The translations under genes were made by a program, and so were the position numbers. Shown one piece after another: positions 1 through 10,300 of a DNA stretch of 55,441 nucleotides. The notes below the pieces were generated by a model. The model searched no databases and had not been told where the DNA came from. It saw only the letters and a list, made by a program, of their open reading frames with translations. Source of the DNA: a virus (Duplodnaviria > Caudoviricetes); the IMG/VR virus record IMGVR_UViG_3300044898_000092, positions 1 through 55,441 of that record; one strand, 5' to 3'. Within the stretch, counting starts at the first letter, position 1. Each line of letters starts with the position of its first letter.

Positions 1-342
1 CGGGATTCCAGGAGACGGAAAGTGCTGATCGATTGAAAGCTTCACGAGCGCCATCCCGAATTGAACCCATATCACCGCGCCGACAAGTGCGCCGATAGCC
101 CGCACCCGAGGACCGATTACCATTGAACCTCCGTTTGCGATCAGGGCGAGACAACGAAACAGGCCAGCGCAGAACATGATGACGCCGACAAATTCGGAGT
201 TGACCAGCATCGCCATCCATTGAAACGCGCTGGCCTGCAGCGTGAACGGCCAAACAAAAATCTCGATCGCCAGCAGCACCATCGAAATGGACATGACCCA
301 TTCGAAGAGCCTGCCGTCAAGATAGTAGGAGACGCGATTCAT
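1..342 (-). CDS. Multi-TM membrane protein of the lysis module (runs off the window edge)
   Basis: Manual translation MNRVSYYLDGRLFEWVMSISMVLLAIEIFVWPF...; ATGA overlap with upstream stop; hydrophobic segments. Confidence 0.7.
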   Translation of the reverse strand, partial: MNRVSYYLDGRLFEWVMSISMVLLAIEIFVWPFTLQASAFQWMAMLVNSEFVGVIMFCAGLFRCLALIANGGSMVIGPRVRAIGALVGAVIWVQFGMALVKLSIDQHFPSPGIP

Positions 343-731
343 TGCCTAATAGACTTGATGATGGTCGTGACGTTCTCCGCCCCGCGCTTGGCGAAATAGA
401 ACGACATGATGAGGCCGGCCCAGATAGCCGATGCGCCGGTTACTTCATCAGTTGAGCCGAGGCCAAAGCACTTGTCCCAGATCATCACCTTGCCGTAGAA
501 AAACAAGGTGATGTACATCGCGAGTTTTTCCGGCTCCCATGGGTGCCCGATTTGTGCGATGCGCAGATTATAGATGGCATTCGTCTCGGCGGTTTGGGCG
601 GCTATTTCCTTACCCGCAAGATCGGTTGCTGTCTGCTTGTCGGTTGTCGTGGCCTGCAGATGCAGTTGATACGACTGGATCAGCCCCTTGATTACGGGGC
701 CGCCGAGAAAGCCGATGATTGTCATCCACAT
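339..731 (-). CDS. Holin-like membrane protein
   Basis: Start reassigned to MWMTIIGFLGG; C-terminal TMs ending WAGLIMSFYFAKR resemble 3TM phage holins; downstream of endolysin. Confidence 0.55.
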   Translation of the reverse strand: MWMTIIGFLGGPVIKGLIQSYQLHLQATTTDKQTATDLAGKEIAAQTAETNAIYNLRIAQIGHPWEPEKLAMYITLFFYGKVMIWDKCFGLGSTDEVTGASAIWAGLIMSFYFAKRGAENVTTIIKSIRQ

Positions 732-732
732 C

Positions 733-1230
733 TTAGGCCGCCTTCGCTTCGACGACCGCGGCGACCGCTTCAGTCTTGGTCGCATCCGCCATCGCGACGG
801 CTTCTGCAAGCTTTGGACTGTCCGCTACAGCTTGATCGGACAATGCCACTAGCTCGAGCGGCTTCGTGCTCTGCGCCCGCAGCTTGTTGATCACCCATCC
901 TAGCCCCATGACGAACGCGCTGGCGGCAAGTCCGCGCATGTCCTGCGGAATGTGAAGCGTATCGGCTACCCGCGTTGTGATGGGCGACAGATCGAGGTTC
1001 GGGAAAAATTGTGCAGCGCCGTCGTAAATGGTGACGAAACCGCTACCGACCCAGAGCAGCCGACCAACAAGGATCGTCTCCGACTTCTTGAACATCACAC
1101 GTTCGAAGGGCTCGATCCAGGCAAAGAACGGCTGGGCAAACGGTTGCTGCTTGAGCCACGGCCGCGCCCAGAGTGCATAGACGACAAGCGCAATAATGAT
1201 GTCGATAAGGATCATGACGAACAGCCACAT
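733..1230 (-). CDS. Membrane protein of the lysis module
   Basis: Start MWLFVMILIDIIIALVVYALW; several hydrophobic helices. Confidence 0.65.
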   Translation of the reverse strand: MWLFVMILIDIIIALVVYALWARPWLKQQPFAQPFFAWIEPFERVMFKKSETILVGRLLWVGSGFVTIYDGAAQFFPNLDLSPITTRVADTLHIPQDMRGLAASAFVMGLGWVINKLRAQSTKPLELVALSDQAVADSPKLAEAVAMADATKTEAVAAVVEAKAA

Positions 1231-1246
1231 GGGGAAATCTCCGGGT

Positions 1247-2107
1247 TTACCAGATTGCTTTGATTTGGTCGGTCTTGTGCTTGATAAACACGGTCGCGAG
1301 GATGGCGACCACGATCGCAACACCGATCATGTTGTAGGCCACGAAGGACGGCAGCAGCGGCACGCTGGCGGGCTTCTCCGTGGTGGCAGTCGTCTTGGCC
1401 GCTTCATTGCCGCCGGCGCCAGCGCCGCCCGCAATGGCGCCTGTACGGGTTTTGCGCGCGTTTTTGGTGGCGTCGTCGATGATCTCTTTCGGCGGCTCGG
1501 CTGAAGGCCGTGCATCCGCTACGGGCGGCCCGAAGTTCGCGCTCGGGTCGATCTTCTGCAGCGCCAGCAACATGCCGAGACAGCCGAGTTGGGGATCGAC
1601 GAAGTTCACATCGAGCTTGCCGTCGGCGACGTATTTGCCTTTGACATATTGATCGGTGCCGCCGTAGCCGTAAGGGCTCACCATATTGTGGGCGTCATAA
1701 CCGACGCCGTTGTACTTGATCAGGATGGTGATAGTGCCGCCAGGCGACCAGTCTTTCCAGAGCGACGCGTAAGGCGCGCACTTGACCAGCGCATCAATGC
1801 CGGCGAGCAGCCAACTTGTGAACGGCCCCCTTCCGGCCGGAACGTGAACGGACTTCCTGTTCCATGGATCGCCCTGCGCGATGTTGCGAAGGAAACCGGA
1901 ATCGACGCCCGCCTCCCGCTCCTTGATCACGGCACATACCGCCCAGGGCACGCCGGTTTTCGCGCTAAGTTCTTCGAACTTGGCCTTGTCCTTATGCAGC
2001 CGCTCAGCCGTCTTCGTAAATTCGGCTTCGCGCTCCGGCTTGATCTTGGCCACAGCCACGCGCCTACCGTTCGTTGCGATCATCTGCGCATTGGTTACGG
2101 TCATCAC
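1247..2107 (-). CDS. Endolysin, lysozyme-like, with C-terminal hydrophobic helix
   Basis: EREAG...QGDP...SVHVPAGRGPFTSW...YNGVGY...SPY...GKYVADG..D.QLG motif string; position after tail fibre. Confidence 0.8.
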   Translation of the reverse strand: MMTVTNAQMIATNGRRVAVAKIKPEREAEFTKTAERLHKDKAKFEELSAKTGVPWAVCAVIKEREAGVDSGFLRNIAQGDPWNRKSVHVPAGRGPFTSWLLAGIDALVKCAPYASLWKDWSPGGTITILIKYNGVGYDAHNMVSPYGYGGTDQYVKGKYVADGKLDVNFVDPQLGCLGMLLALQKIDPSANFGPPVADARPSAEPPKEIIDDATKNARKTRTGAIAGGAGAGGNEAAKTTATTEKPASVPLLPSFVAYNMIGVAIVVAILATVFIKHKTDQIKAIW

Positions 2108-3519
2108 AGATCCTCGCCTAAAGAGGCACCTGCCTTACGCGCTTCGATTTCCTCAGCAGTCAGATCGCGCGCCGGCGGCACGAGTCCGAGTTCTTTCCAG
2201 TGCCGCGGGAAACCCCGTTTGCCGATCGTTGCGTGATCGACCACCTTCCCGGCCTTGATGATTTTGGCGATCTCCGGATGTTCGGTTTCCGTGATGCCCT
2301 CGCCGTTGGCTGGCTTCATCTGCTCGGGGACCATGCGGCCATGGTCATCGGTGTGGGCGCCCTCGTTGTTGATGATGAAGGGATCATGACGCTCCGCGAT
2401 CACCACCCAATGAATGGTGTCGCTCGACGCGTTATTCTCACTGATGATCTGGAAACTTCCGTCCACGACAGCGGATGATTTCACCCGGTCAAAGCCGGAC
2501 AGATTGTTGAGCGCCACCACTTCGGCATTTTGCGTCAGAGCAGCGAAGGTGCCGGCAGTCATGTTGCTGGCAGCATCTATCTCGACCGTGGCTTTGCCCT
2601 TAACCAGCTTCACCTTGCCGCGATAGATCAGGTCATAGCGCGGAGCTTCGACAAAGCCGTGGTAGAGGTCTTTGTTTTTTGGATCGAGCGGGTGATCGAT
2701 GAGGAAGGTGCCGGAGCCCTTGCTCAACGAGCCTAAGATTTGCACGTTGACCGAAAAAACAGAGGTTCGGCCGACCAGGACATTGCCCGTCGACCCGAAG
2801 GCCAAATTGAACGTGCCGGAGCCCTTGGCGTCCATGTAGAACGGCTCGTTCGTCGCGGATGACATAAGTTCGAACGCAACGCCACCGCCGGAGGCGGTCG
2901 AACGCACCTTTAGTCCGTTGACCGCAGAAGCTGCTGAGGCGTCTACCTTCAAGGTGGGATTGGTCGCGCCGTTTGGCCCGACAACGAGCGCAGATGCGCT
3001 GTTCGATGTGATGGTGGTGGTGCCCGCACCAAATGTTCCGCTGAATACGAGGGCACCGGCCGAATGCGTGACCGTGTAATCGCCATTGTTGAAATTGAGA
3101 ACGCCGCCGGCGGCAAGGAACAGATCGGAAAACGCAAGCGCGCCGGTGCCAAGGGCTGTTCCGTCATTGGTGGGCGGTGTGATGGCGGCGGCGGCCCACA
3201 GCAGCCGTTCTAGAACCTTCGCCTTGCTGGCCGACAGATCGCAGGACACGCTGACTGTGCCGGTGGCGAAGTTAACCGCCGTGTTGCTATTGGTGCTCCG
3301 AAAGATGGTCGTGCGTGCGTAGACCGTCGCCGACGTGCGGGTCAGTAGCCCCGTTTCCCACGCCGTTCCGTTATCGGCCTCATACCATGTCGTGTCGCCA
3401 TTCGACGTGAGCGCCGACGCAAATGTCTGAGCGCCCTGCACCGCACCGTTCATGGTGAACGAGCCGATGCCCGGCGCCGTCGAGGTTTCACGTACGCGAT
3501 CGTCTAGGACGAATGCCAT
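2104..3519 (-). CDS. Tail fibre / receptor-binding protein
   Basis: N-terminal DRVRETST fibre-anchor motif; Gly/Ser/Thr-rich shaft; C-terminal FLIDHPLDP...VEAP...YRG domain. Confidence 0.7.
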   Translation of the reverse strand: MAFVLDDRVRETSTAPGIGSFTMNGAVQGAQTFASALTSNGDTTWYEADNGTAWETGLLTRTSATVYARTTIFRSTNSNTAVNFATGTVSVSCDLSASKAKVLERLLWAAAAITPPTNDGTALGTGALAFSDLFLAAGGVLNFNNGDYTVTHSAGALVFSGTFGAGTTTITSNSASALVVGPNGATNPTLKVDASAASAVNGLKVRSTASGGGVAFELMSSATNEPFYMDAKGSGTFNLAFGSTGNVLVGRTSVFSVNVQILGSLSKGSGTFLIDHPLDPKNKDLYHGFVEAPRYDLIYRGKVKLVKGKATVEIDAASNMTAGTFAALTQNAEVVALNNLSGFDRVKSSAVVDGSFQIISENNASSDTIHWVVIAERHDPFIINNEGAHTDDHGRMVPEQMKPANGEGITETEHPEIAKIIKAGKVVDHATIGKRGFPRHWKELGLVPPARDLTAEEIEARKAGASLGEDL

Positions 3520-3584
3520 GATCCATTGCAGACACGCGCCCTGCGGCGTGGTCTGTCCCTGTTAGAGAAGTTGAAGTGGAGGTT

Positions 3585-4370
3585 TTAAGCCCGGCGTTCG
3601 CGGATGGCGTAAGACCGGCTGTAGAGATCGCTAACCGTGAAAGGTTGAATAGTCTTCGACAATTGCCGCATCAGTCCCCAGACCGAAACCAGCCCGAGGT
3701 TCGCATTCGCGGTATCGCGGATGAACAGGATGTCGGCATGGGTGCCGTTGGCGATGTCCATCGGCTCGACGAGCGAGAGAAATTGCGCCTCAGTCACCCA
3801 ACCGAACGTCACTTCCCAATCGCGATAAGAAGGCCGCGCATCGACCGCGACGCCACCGCCCGCAAGCTCAGTCCACTTGCTGAGGTCGGTCCAGCCAAAG
3901 CCGGCACCAGGTTGATAGTTGTAGGTGAGTTGCGTCCGGTTTCCGGCGAGCACGCGCCCCGCCTGATTGGAACCCGCAGCTTTCGACCATGACCATTTGG
4001 CGGAGCGGACTGTCGTGTAGGTAGCCGGAGTCAGTAAATGGACTGCATAGCCGTAGCTCGGATCGACCACGCCCGCTTGCGCTGTGCTGTCATAGAGCTG
4101 CACTGCGGACGAATTGAATAGTTGCACCCGCACCGTATCGGTCAGCGCGAACTGCGATCCGATGCCCATCACAGCTAATGTGTCGATGGTTTGATCCGAT
4201 GCCCATGTGAAGGTAAAATTATCGGTCGTCCCACCCGTACCAAGCCACTTTGTGGAAACCGGAATCGTTTGCAGATTCGTGACCGGCGTCGAAGCGCCAG
4301 CGCTCGATGCCGTTGGCGTCGCGCTGTCGGCAAGATTGAGATACGCGATAGCGGCATTGCCCACGGTCAT
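3585..4370 (-). CDS. Minor tail / distal tail protein
   Basis: 261-aa ORF in tail-tip cluster; GRVLAG and GFGWTDLS motifs typical of siphophage minor tail proteins. Confidence 0.6.
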   Translation of the reverse strand: MTVGNAAIAYLNLADSATPTASSAGASTPVTNLQTIPVSTKWLGTGGTTDNFTFTWASDQTIDTLAVMGIGSQFALTDTVRVQLFNSSAVQLYDSTAQAGVVDPSYGYAVHLLTPATYTTVRSAKWSWSKAAGSNQAGRVLAGNRTQLTYNYQPGAGFGWTDLSKWTELAGGGVAVDARPSYRDWEVTFGWVTEAQFLSLVEPMDIANGTHADILFIRDTANANLGLVSVWGLMRQLSKTIQPFTVSDLYSRSYAIRERRA

Positions 4371-4373
4371 GAT

Positions 4374-5681
4374 TCAGCCCATGACCTCAGTGACGCGATG
4401 GATCGACGACATTCCACCGCCGAACACGCGTGCAGCGGCAAGGCCGTTTTTGAAAATGGAGCCGGTCGTACTCACAGCGCCAAGGCGAACCTTGTATGCA
4501 GTCGAAGAAACTGTGCCGGGCTGGCGCAAATCATAAAGCTGAAAAGAAGCCATTGCATTGCTGAGATAGGTCGTGGCGACCGCGATGGCGTCGGCACCAC
4601 TATCTTGAAACAGAGTCTGGATCATGATGTTGCCGCCGTTGCAGCCAGCATTCATCTCAACAAAGTTCTCGATCAGATTGCATTTGGACGACGGCGTTAT
4701 GGAGGTCGAGAAGATTTGAAATCCCTCGGAGCTTTGCGGTATCGTGTCGTCAAATGGAATCCCGTAGCCGGACGCTGACTGACCAAACGCTGCATCAATC
4801 GATAGGGATACTTGCACCGTGTCACCGGGCTTTTTGATCCCAGGCCCGAACATTTGAATAATATCCGGCCCGGCACTCCATGCCCCGGCCGTTGCAAGTC
4901 CGGAGTTCCAATCGAAAAATCCAGCGATCCGAAACGGGCGGCCCGTCACCACGGCATCGGCGTACATGACGCCAGCACTGTCCGCCCCGGTATCATTGAG
5001 GACCGTCGTCACCAATCCATATTCCGGCAAACCGAAAATGGCCGATGCGGTCGAGCAGTTTTGCAACCCGATCTTAACGGTGCCATCGCCGACATCGATA
5101 AGCGCGCCCCACAATCTCCCCGGCCTCAGACTGACGAATCCTGCCGTCGCTCCATTGGGCAAGGTAACACTCAACGCGGCGGTGATGCACCGGATGATAT
5201 AACTACCAACTGCAAGCGAAACGTTTCGGAAGGCCACAAAGACCGGATCGGCGGCGCTTGGATCGTTTCCTGCCGCTGTCTTGACTGCTACCGTCGCCGC
5301 GTTGGATGTGACACTGGCAACCAACTTTCCGTTGGCCAGACCGAGTGTCAGCCCCGACATGCCGATCGCCGTCGCTCCTATGCCAGAGGTCGAACCGGAC
5401 GGATACCAGGCACCGAAAGTGCCGAGATAATCGCGGGCCTTGATCCAGTAGTAATAGGTCTGCTCTTCGACCAAGCCATCATGAGGAAAGTCTGTGATAC
5501 CTTCTCCGACCTTCGTCGCTGTCGTTCGGTCGTTTGTGGTTGAAGACCAGACTTCGACCATATCGAGCCCGATGTTCGGAAGTGCATTGGACCGCGGGTC
5601 GCTATAGGTCCATGCACATTTGTTGCCGCGCAGCGTAGGCGTCACGGTCAATGCTGCAACGGTAATATCTGATGATGACAT
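4374..5681 (-). CDS. Tail tip/fibre protein with N-terminal Fn3-like domain
   Basis: Start reassigned to MSSSDITV; VEVWSS...TYYYWIKARD..G..GAW Fn3-like signature. Confidence 0.65.
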   Translation of the reverse strand: MSSSDITVAALTVTPTLRGNKCAWTYSDPRSNALPNIGLDMVEVWSSTTNDRTTATKVGEGITDFPHDGLVEEQTYYYWIKARDYLGTFGAWYPSGSTSGIGATAIGMSGLTLGLANGKLVASVTSNAATVAVKTAAGNDPSAADPVFVAFRNVSLAVGSYIIRCITAALSVTLPNGATAGFVSLRPGRLWGALIDVGDGTVKIGLQNCSTASAIFGLPEYGLVTTVLNDTGADSAGVMYADAVVTGRPFRIAGFFDWNSGLATAGAWSAGPDIIQMFGPGIKKPGDTVQVSLSIDAAFGQSASGYGIPFDDTIPQSSEGFQIFSTSITPSSKCNLIENFVEMNAGCNGGNIMIQTLFQDSGADAIAVATTYLSNAMASFQLYDLRQPGTVSSTAYKVRLGAVSTTGSIFKNGLAAARVFGGGMSSIHRVTEVMG

Positions 5682-5685
5682 TTGA

Positions 5686-7356
5686 TTATCCGAACGCCGT
5701 GATTTCGACCGTGCCGTCCGTCGTATTATCGACGCGACCAACCACGGTCAGAAGCTTTGCCGAGAGATCGAACCACGTGACGCCAGCGGGCGCGAAGGTG
5801 AGGCTCACGACATCGCCGATCTTGCGCGTGAGCCCTTTGGATTTGAGCGTAAAGGAATAGAGCGCGCGGACGGCGCCACCCTTCAGCGTCAACAACCGAT
5901 CGGCTTCCGCCACCGCGTCGGCAGGGGCATTTAAGTATCCGTTGATCGGGTCCGGGTCTTGCGCCAGCAGATGTGCCGCGGCGATTGTCGCCGCCAATGT
6001 CGCGTTGGAGTGCGACGCAACGCTTGAATCTGTTTTGAGAAGCTGCTTGCGGGCATCCGACACGCCCGCCGATACATCGGTCTGCACCGTCCAGTTCCGT
6101 GCATAGGTGACGCGCTGGCGCTTCGGCGGTGGATTATAGGAAGACGGCAACTCCACGCGCTTGAGCGTATCGTCAGCGATATCGTCTGCCGTATAGCTGT
6201 CGACCGCCGTTCCTGTTGGCGCGACGAAGCGGATAACCTCGAACACACCATCGCGGCGGAAGTCGCCACAGGCCCCGATACCACCAAGCAGATCATCCGC
6301 GGCCTGGCGCACCGTCTTGTTTTCGTCGAGGCCGAGATAATAACCGACGACCGCGGGTTGCGCCGCCGTCAATGCAAGAAACGATCCTTCGTCGACCAAA
6401 TCAACCAACGGCGCGGACACCGCGATCATGCGCCGCACGATCGATGCCGTGTCCGTGACGTAGCCGCCCGTGCCGCCGTTATCGCCCTGCACGTCGCAGG
6501 TCAGCGCTCCGAATGGTGGAGAGCCCATTCGGAATAGTCCAAGCGCCTTGCAGGTCGCGTAATGTCCATTCGGGACGGTCGCGGCGATCAGCGCGGCGTA
6601 ACTGGCATAGTCGCCGTCCGGTCCCGCTGCAGCGGGCGTTGGAAGCGAAAAGCCACTGTCATAAACGGAAGAAATTGCATTCACCGAACCGTCATGAGCC
6701 TGAAACACCAGGTTGACGGCGTTGATCTGTACCGGCGTGATGTTGTTGACGGGACCATAGGCAAGCGGCTTGCGCTTGCCGGTCAGGGCCGCGTCGCCGT
6801 CCGTCGTTCCCGTCCCGCCGTAGGCGTTGGCAGAGGCAGGAACGTCGAGCTTGAACGCATTGTCTCGAATCGTGACGCGCAATTCACTCGCATCGAGAAA
6901 CCAATCCTGCGCGACGCCATCGAGCAATGTCGGATAGACATCGAAGGATGACGGCACAAGGCCGGGGATGGTGATCTGCCCATACTTGAGCAGCACGCGG
7001 CGACCATCGATCGTGTTGTTCTGGTAGAGTGTGTCAAAGATACGATCGGAATTATCCAGCTGCAATTCGCCGACACCCGACGACATCTTGCGTCCGATGT
7101 CGTCTCCGTCGACAATCGAGACGTGAAATTCCAAACCCTTCAGGAGCTTTCCCGTGAACTGCTGATTTGAAAGCGTGTCGGACGGCAATGTGATGAACGG
7201 AATGACCGCCGTGTTAACCGTATCGACCGAAGCATAAAGCTGCAGCGTATAGTTCAACGTCACGCCGGAAGCCGGCTGCGCAACTGTCGCCGCCAACGTC
7301 ATATCGACCAGCATTGATAACGGCCGCCAACCCAGCGGCGCCCAACCCATTGGCAT
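5686..7356 (-). CDS. Tail tip / baseplate hub protein
   Basis: GKRKPLAYGPVNNITP motif; first gene after tape measure. Confidence 0.7.
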   Translation of the reverse strand: MPMGWAPLGWRPLSMLVDMTLAATVAQPASGVTLNYTLQLYASVDTVNTAVIPFITLPSDTLSNQQFTGKLLKGLEFHVSIVDGDDIGRKMSSGVGELQLDNSDRIFDTLYQNNTIDGRRVLLKYGQITIPGLVPSSFDVYPTLLDGVAQDWFLDASELRVTIRDNAFKLDVPASANAYGGTGTTDGDAALTGKRKPLAYGPVNNITPVQINAVNLVFQAHDGSVNAISSVYDSGFSLPTPAAAGPDGDYASYAALIAATVPNGHYATCKALGLFRMGSPPFGALTCDVQGDNGGTGGYVTDTASIVRRMIAVSAPLVDLVDEGSFLALTAAQPAVVGYYLGLDENKTVRQAADDLLGGIGACGDFRRDGVFEVIRFVAPTGTAVDSYTADDIADDTLKRVELPSSYNPPPKRQRVTYARNWTVQTDVSAGVSDARKQLLKTDSSVASHSNATLAATIAAAHLLAQDPDPINGYLNAPADAVAEADRLLTLKGGAVRALYSFTLKSKGLTRKIGDVVSLTFAPAGVTWFDLSAKLLTVVGRVDNTTDGTVEITAFG

Positions 7357-7370
7357 GATGATAATTCCTG

Positions 7371-10300
7371 TTAGGAGACTTTGCGCTGACGGTCACTTTG
7401 ACGCTGCGTGGATGCGAGCGTGGATGTCTGCCGGTCGGTTGCCTCGACATTCTTCTCGCCAGTCTCGACTACGGCGCGGGCGACATTCGCGCCACTGCCG
7501 GCGACGATCTTCTGCAGAACCTCAACCTGCTCGGTCAGCTTATCGATGCGCGGCAGCAGCGCGGCATTGTCAGACCCAGAATTGCTATTCCGAAATGGAA
7601 GAACATTAGGAGCCGAGACAATAGGTCTGAAAATGTTGTCGTTACCGATCGACCGCGGCATGATACCTGCGTTCAACTGTTCGAAGAAGCCGACACCGAA
7701 CCGCTCAACCGCGGCGTTCTTGATGACGAACTCCCGGTTCGAGAGCATCGCCGCAATGGAATCCGATGTACCTGTACCGGGTCCGGTGACCAGACCGCCC
7801 GCGCGAAACACGCCATCCAAATGCCCCTGTCCTGACGGCGCAGATGCAGGAACGGAAAGCCCCGTATTATGGGCCGTGGCGGCGGTGTTGTAGACAATCT
7901 TGTCGATGCCGGCGACCAACTGATACGGATACAGGCTTGCGGCTGTATTTGTCGATGGAGCGCCCGTGTTCGTAATTGTCGGACCGGTTACAGCCGAAGA
8001 CGGCGCTAACGAGTTGGCCAACAATACCAGTTGATCCTTGGCCGTTCCCTGCAATCCCTGAATCGCAGTCAGCGTGGCGTTTCCCGAGCCCGTGAGATTG
8101 TTCGAGGTATCGAATTGCCCCGTCTGCGTGTAGACCTGTTGCGACGTGAACGTGGTCTGATCCGCGGTCGCTTTCGTGGCGCCGAAGATGGATGCCAGCC
8201 TTCCGCTTGGATCGATCTGGTTAAAATAGGTCGCCAATGAAGCCGCCACGGCGGCCGCATTGCCAGCGTCGACCGCAGGCTTCAACGTCCCCGAGATGAC
8301 GCCCGTCACCCCTTGAGTGGCTTGTGTACCGATTTGAATGGCGGTGATCGCATCCCGAACGGCCTGCGTAACCGGATCGGTCGTCGTCTGCACTGCCGGC
8401 AGGTTGAGGCCCTGGTTGATGATTTGATTCTTGATATCCTGATAGCCCTGACCGGACGCATAGACGACGCGCGCGGCCTTTTCTAGATTATCGGCAAGCG
8501 AAACAAATTTGTTTTGAGCGTCGACATTGCCGGCCTGCGCGAGAGGCAAGTTCGCCTGGTAGAGCGTCTGCGCGCTGGCGAGCGTGGCAGTCGGAGATTG
8601 AGTTGAGCCCGGTCCGGCGACGAGACCATTTAGATAATCTGTTACGGACTTTGCGGCAGAGTTTTGTGCATCCTGCAATGCCTTCGCATCAGTCACCGCG
8701 GATTGCGTGAAATCGTGCACCACGCCCTGAAGCGCAGGGAATTGCGTGGTGAAATCGGTAAGTGCAGTACCGGCCAGTCCAGCCCCATCGACAATCTTCT
8801 GCGCTTCCGCCTTGAATGTTGCCGCAACCTGGGCAAGCAACGTCGGATCGTTTCCGAAATCTTGACTGACCTGCGTCAGATCCTGTTGATGCTGAACAAG
8901 CAAATTCGCGGCATCGGTCAGGAACGTTTGACCTGTCGCTGTATTGAGGCGCGCCGTGAGACCCGAGATAAACGTCGCGTTGAACTGCTTCGTCAGCGCA
9001 TCGATCTGCGTTTGAACGATGCTGTCGATCGTGGCGGCGCGGCCCTTGAAACCCAGCTCGTCGAGCGTGTCTTTCAAGCCCGCCGCCTCGTCGTTGACGG
9101 CCTTGATTTGTTGTTCCAGCGGCGTCAGCGTCTGCGTGCCGTTCTTGAACTCTGCCCAGATGCGGTCGACGGCATTGTTGAATGCGCTCGCGGCGGATGC
9201 AGCTCCGCCCTGGTCTTTGGCTTTCAGCGCCGCGTCCTGCAATTGCTTCGAGCTATTGTAGAGCGACTGCAGTTCGTTCGTGAGAGGGCCAAGATTGAAG
9301 CCTTTTGCCGCGAGGTTGAAATTCACGACCTGCATGGACATCGCAGCCCATGCCTGCTGCGCTTTCTGAAGTTCCTGCTTCGCCTTCTGGTCTCCCGTGA
9401 ACAACGAGATAACAGCGGACGCCCCTGCCTGCACCGCGCCGATAACCATTTTATCTGGATCAAGGCTTGTAAGATTGTCGAAGGCTTTGTCTGAAAGCTT
9501 TTTCGCGACACTGTCGAGTGTCGAGATGAGGCTATCCATTCCGAGCTTGCCCTGAAGCGCGGCGCTGAATGCTGCTTTGCCAACCTCGGCGAAGCTGTCC
9601 TTCATATCCTTCTGGAGATTTATAACGCGAAGCTGCGCGGCCTCCGTTGAAGCAAGCGCTTTCGGAACATCATTGCCGTAGATTTCACGCAACTGCTGCG
9701 CAATCGCGACTTCATCGGCGGGAAGGAATTTCGTCTGGTTTGCAAAATCGATCTGCGAAGCCACCTTTGCCTTCGCTAATGCGGTGGCAGTATCGTAGGC
9801 TTGGATTTTGAGTTTTTCGAACTCAGCGGTTTGTTTGGCGGTGATCTCACCTCCGTTCGCTTGAATCGCAGACGTTTCTGCAGCTTCCGCGCGAAACCTC
9901 GCCAGCGCCCCAGCCCCCAGCCCTACAGCTTCCGTGTCGGCCTTCTGCTGTTCGACATGGCGACGGAGCGTATTGATTGCTCGATCGACCTGGTCGTTAC
10001 TCTCTTGCTGTGCCTTGGTGCTCGCGTCCTTGTTTAGTTCTAGCGATGTGTCGCGCCGCAGAAAGTTCGATATCCCGGTAGTCTGATCGCGCGCCGCCGC
10101 AACTGAATTTGGATTTAACAATCCGGTGGCCAATCGTCCGGACGCGCCGGTCAGCGGCGTTGGTGTCGCTGACAATGAACTAGCAATACCGCTTACAGCA
10201 CCATAAGCACCGCCAGTCACAACATTCAGCGCCGCTTGCGCCATCGCTTTGATTGCGGTTCCGAGCATCGGTATGCTTGAAATTAACTCGCCAACCTTAA

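Noticed and set aside
2104-5681. Diversity-generating retroelement or invertible tail-fibre cassette
   Set aside because: No reverse transcriptase, invertase or duplicated TR/VR segment seen
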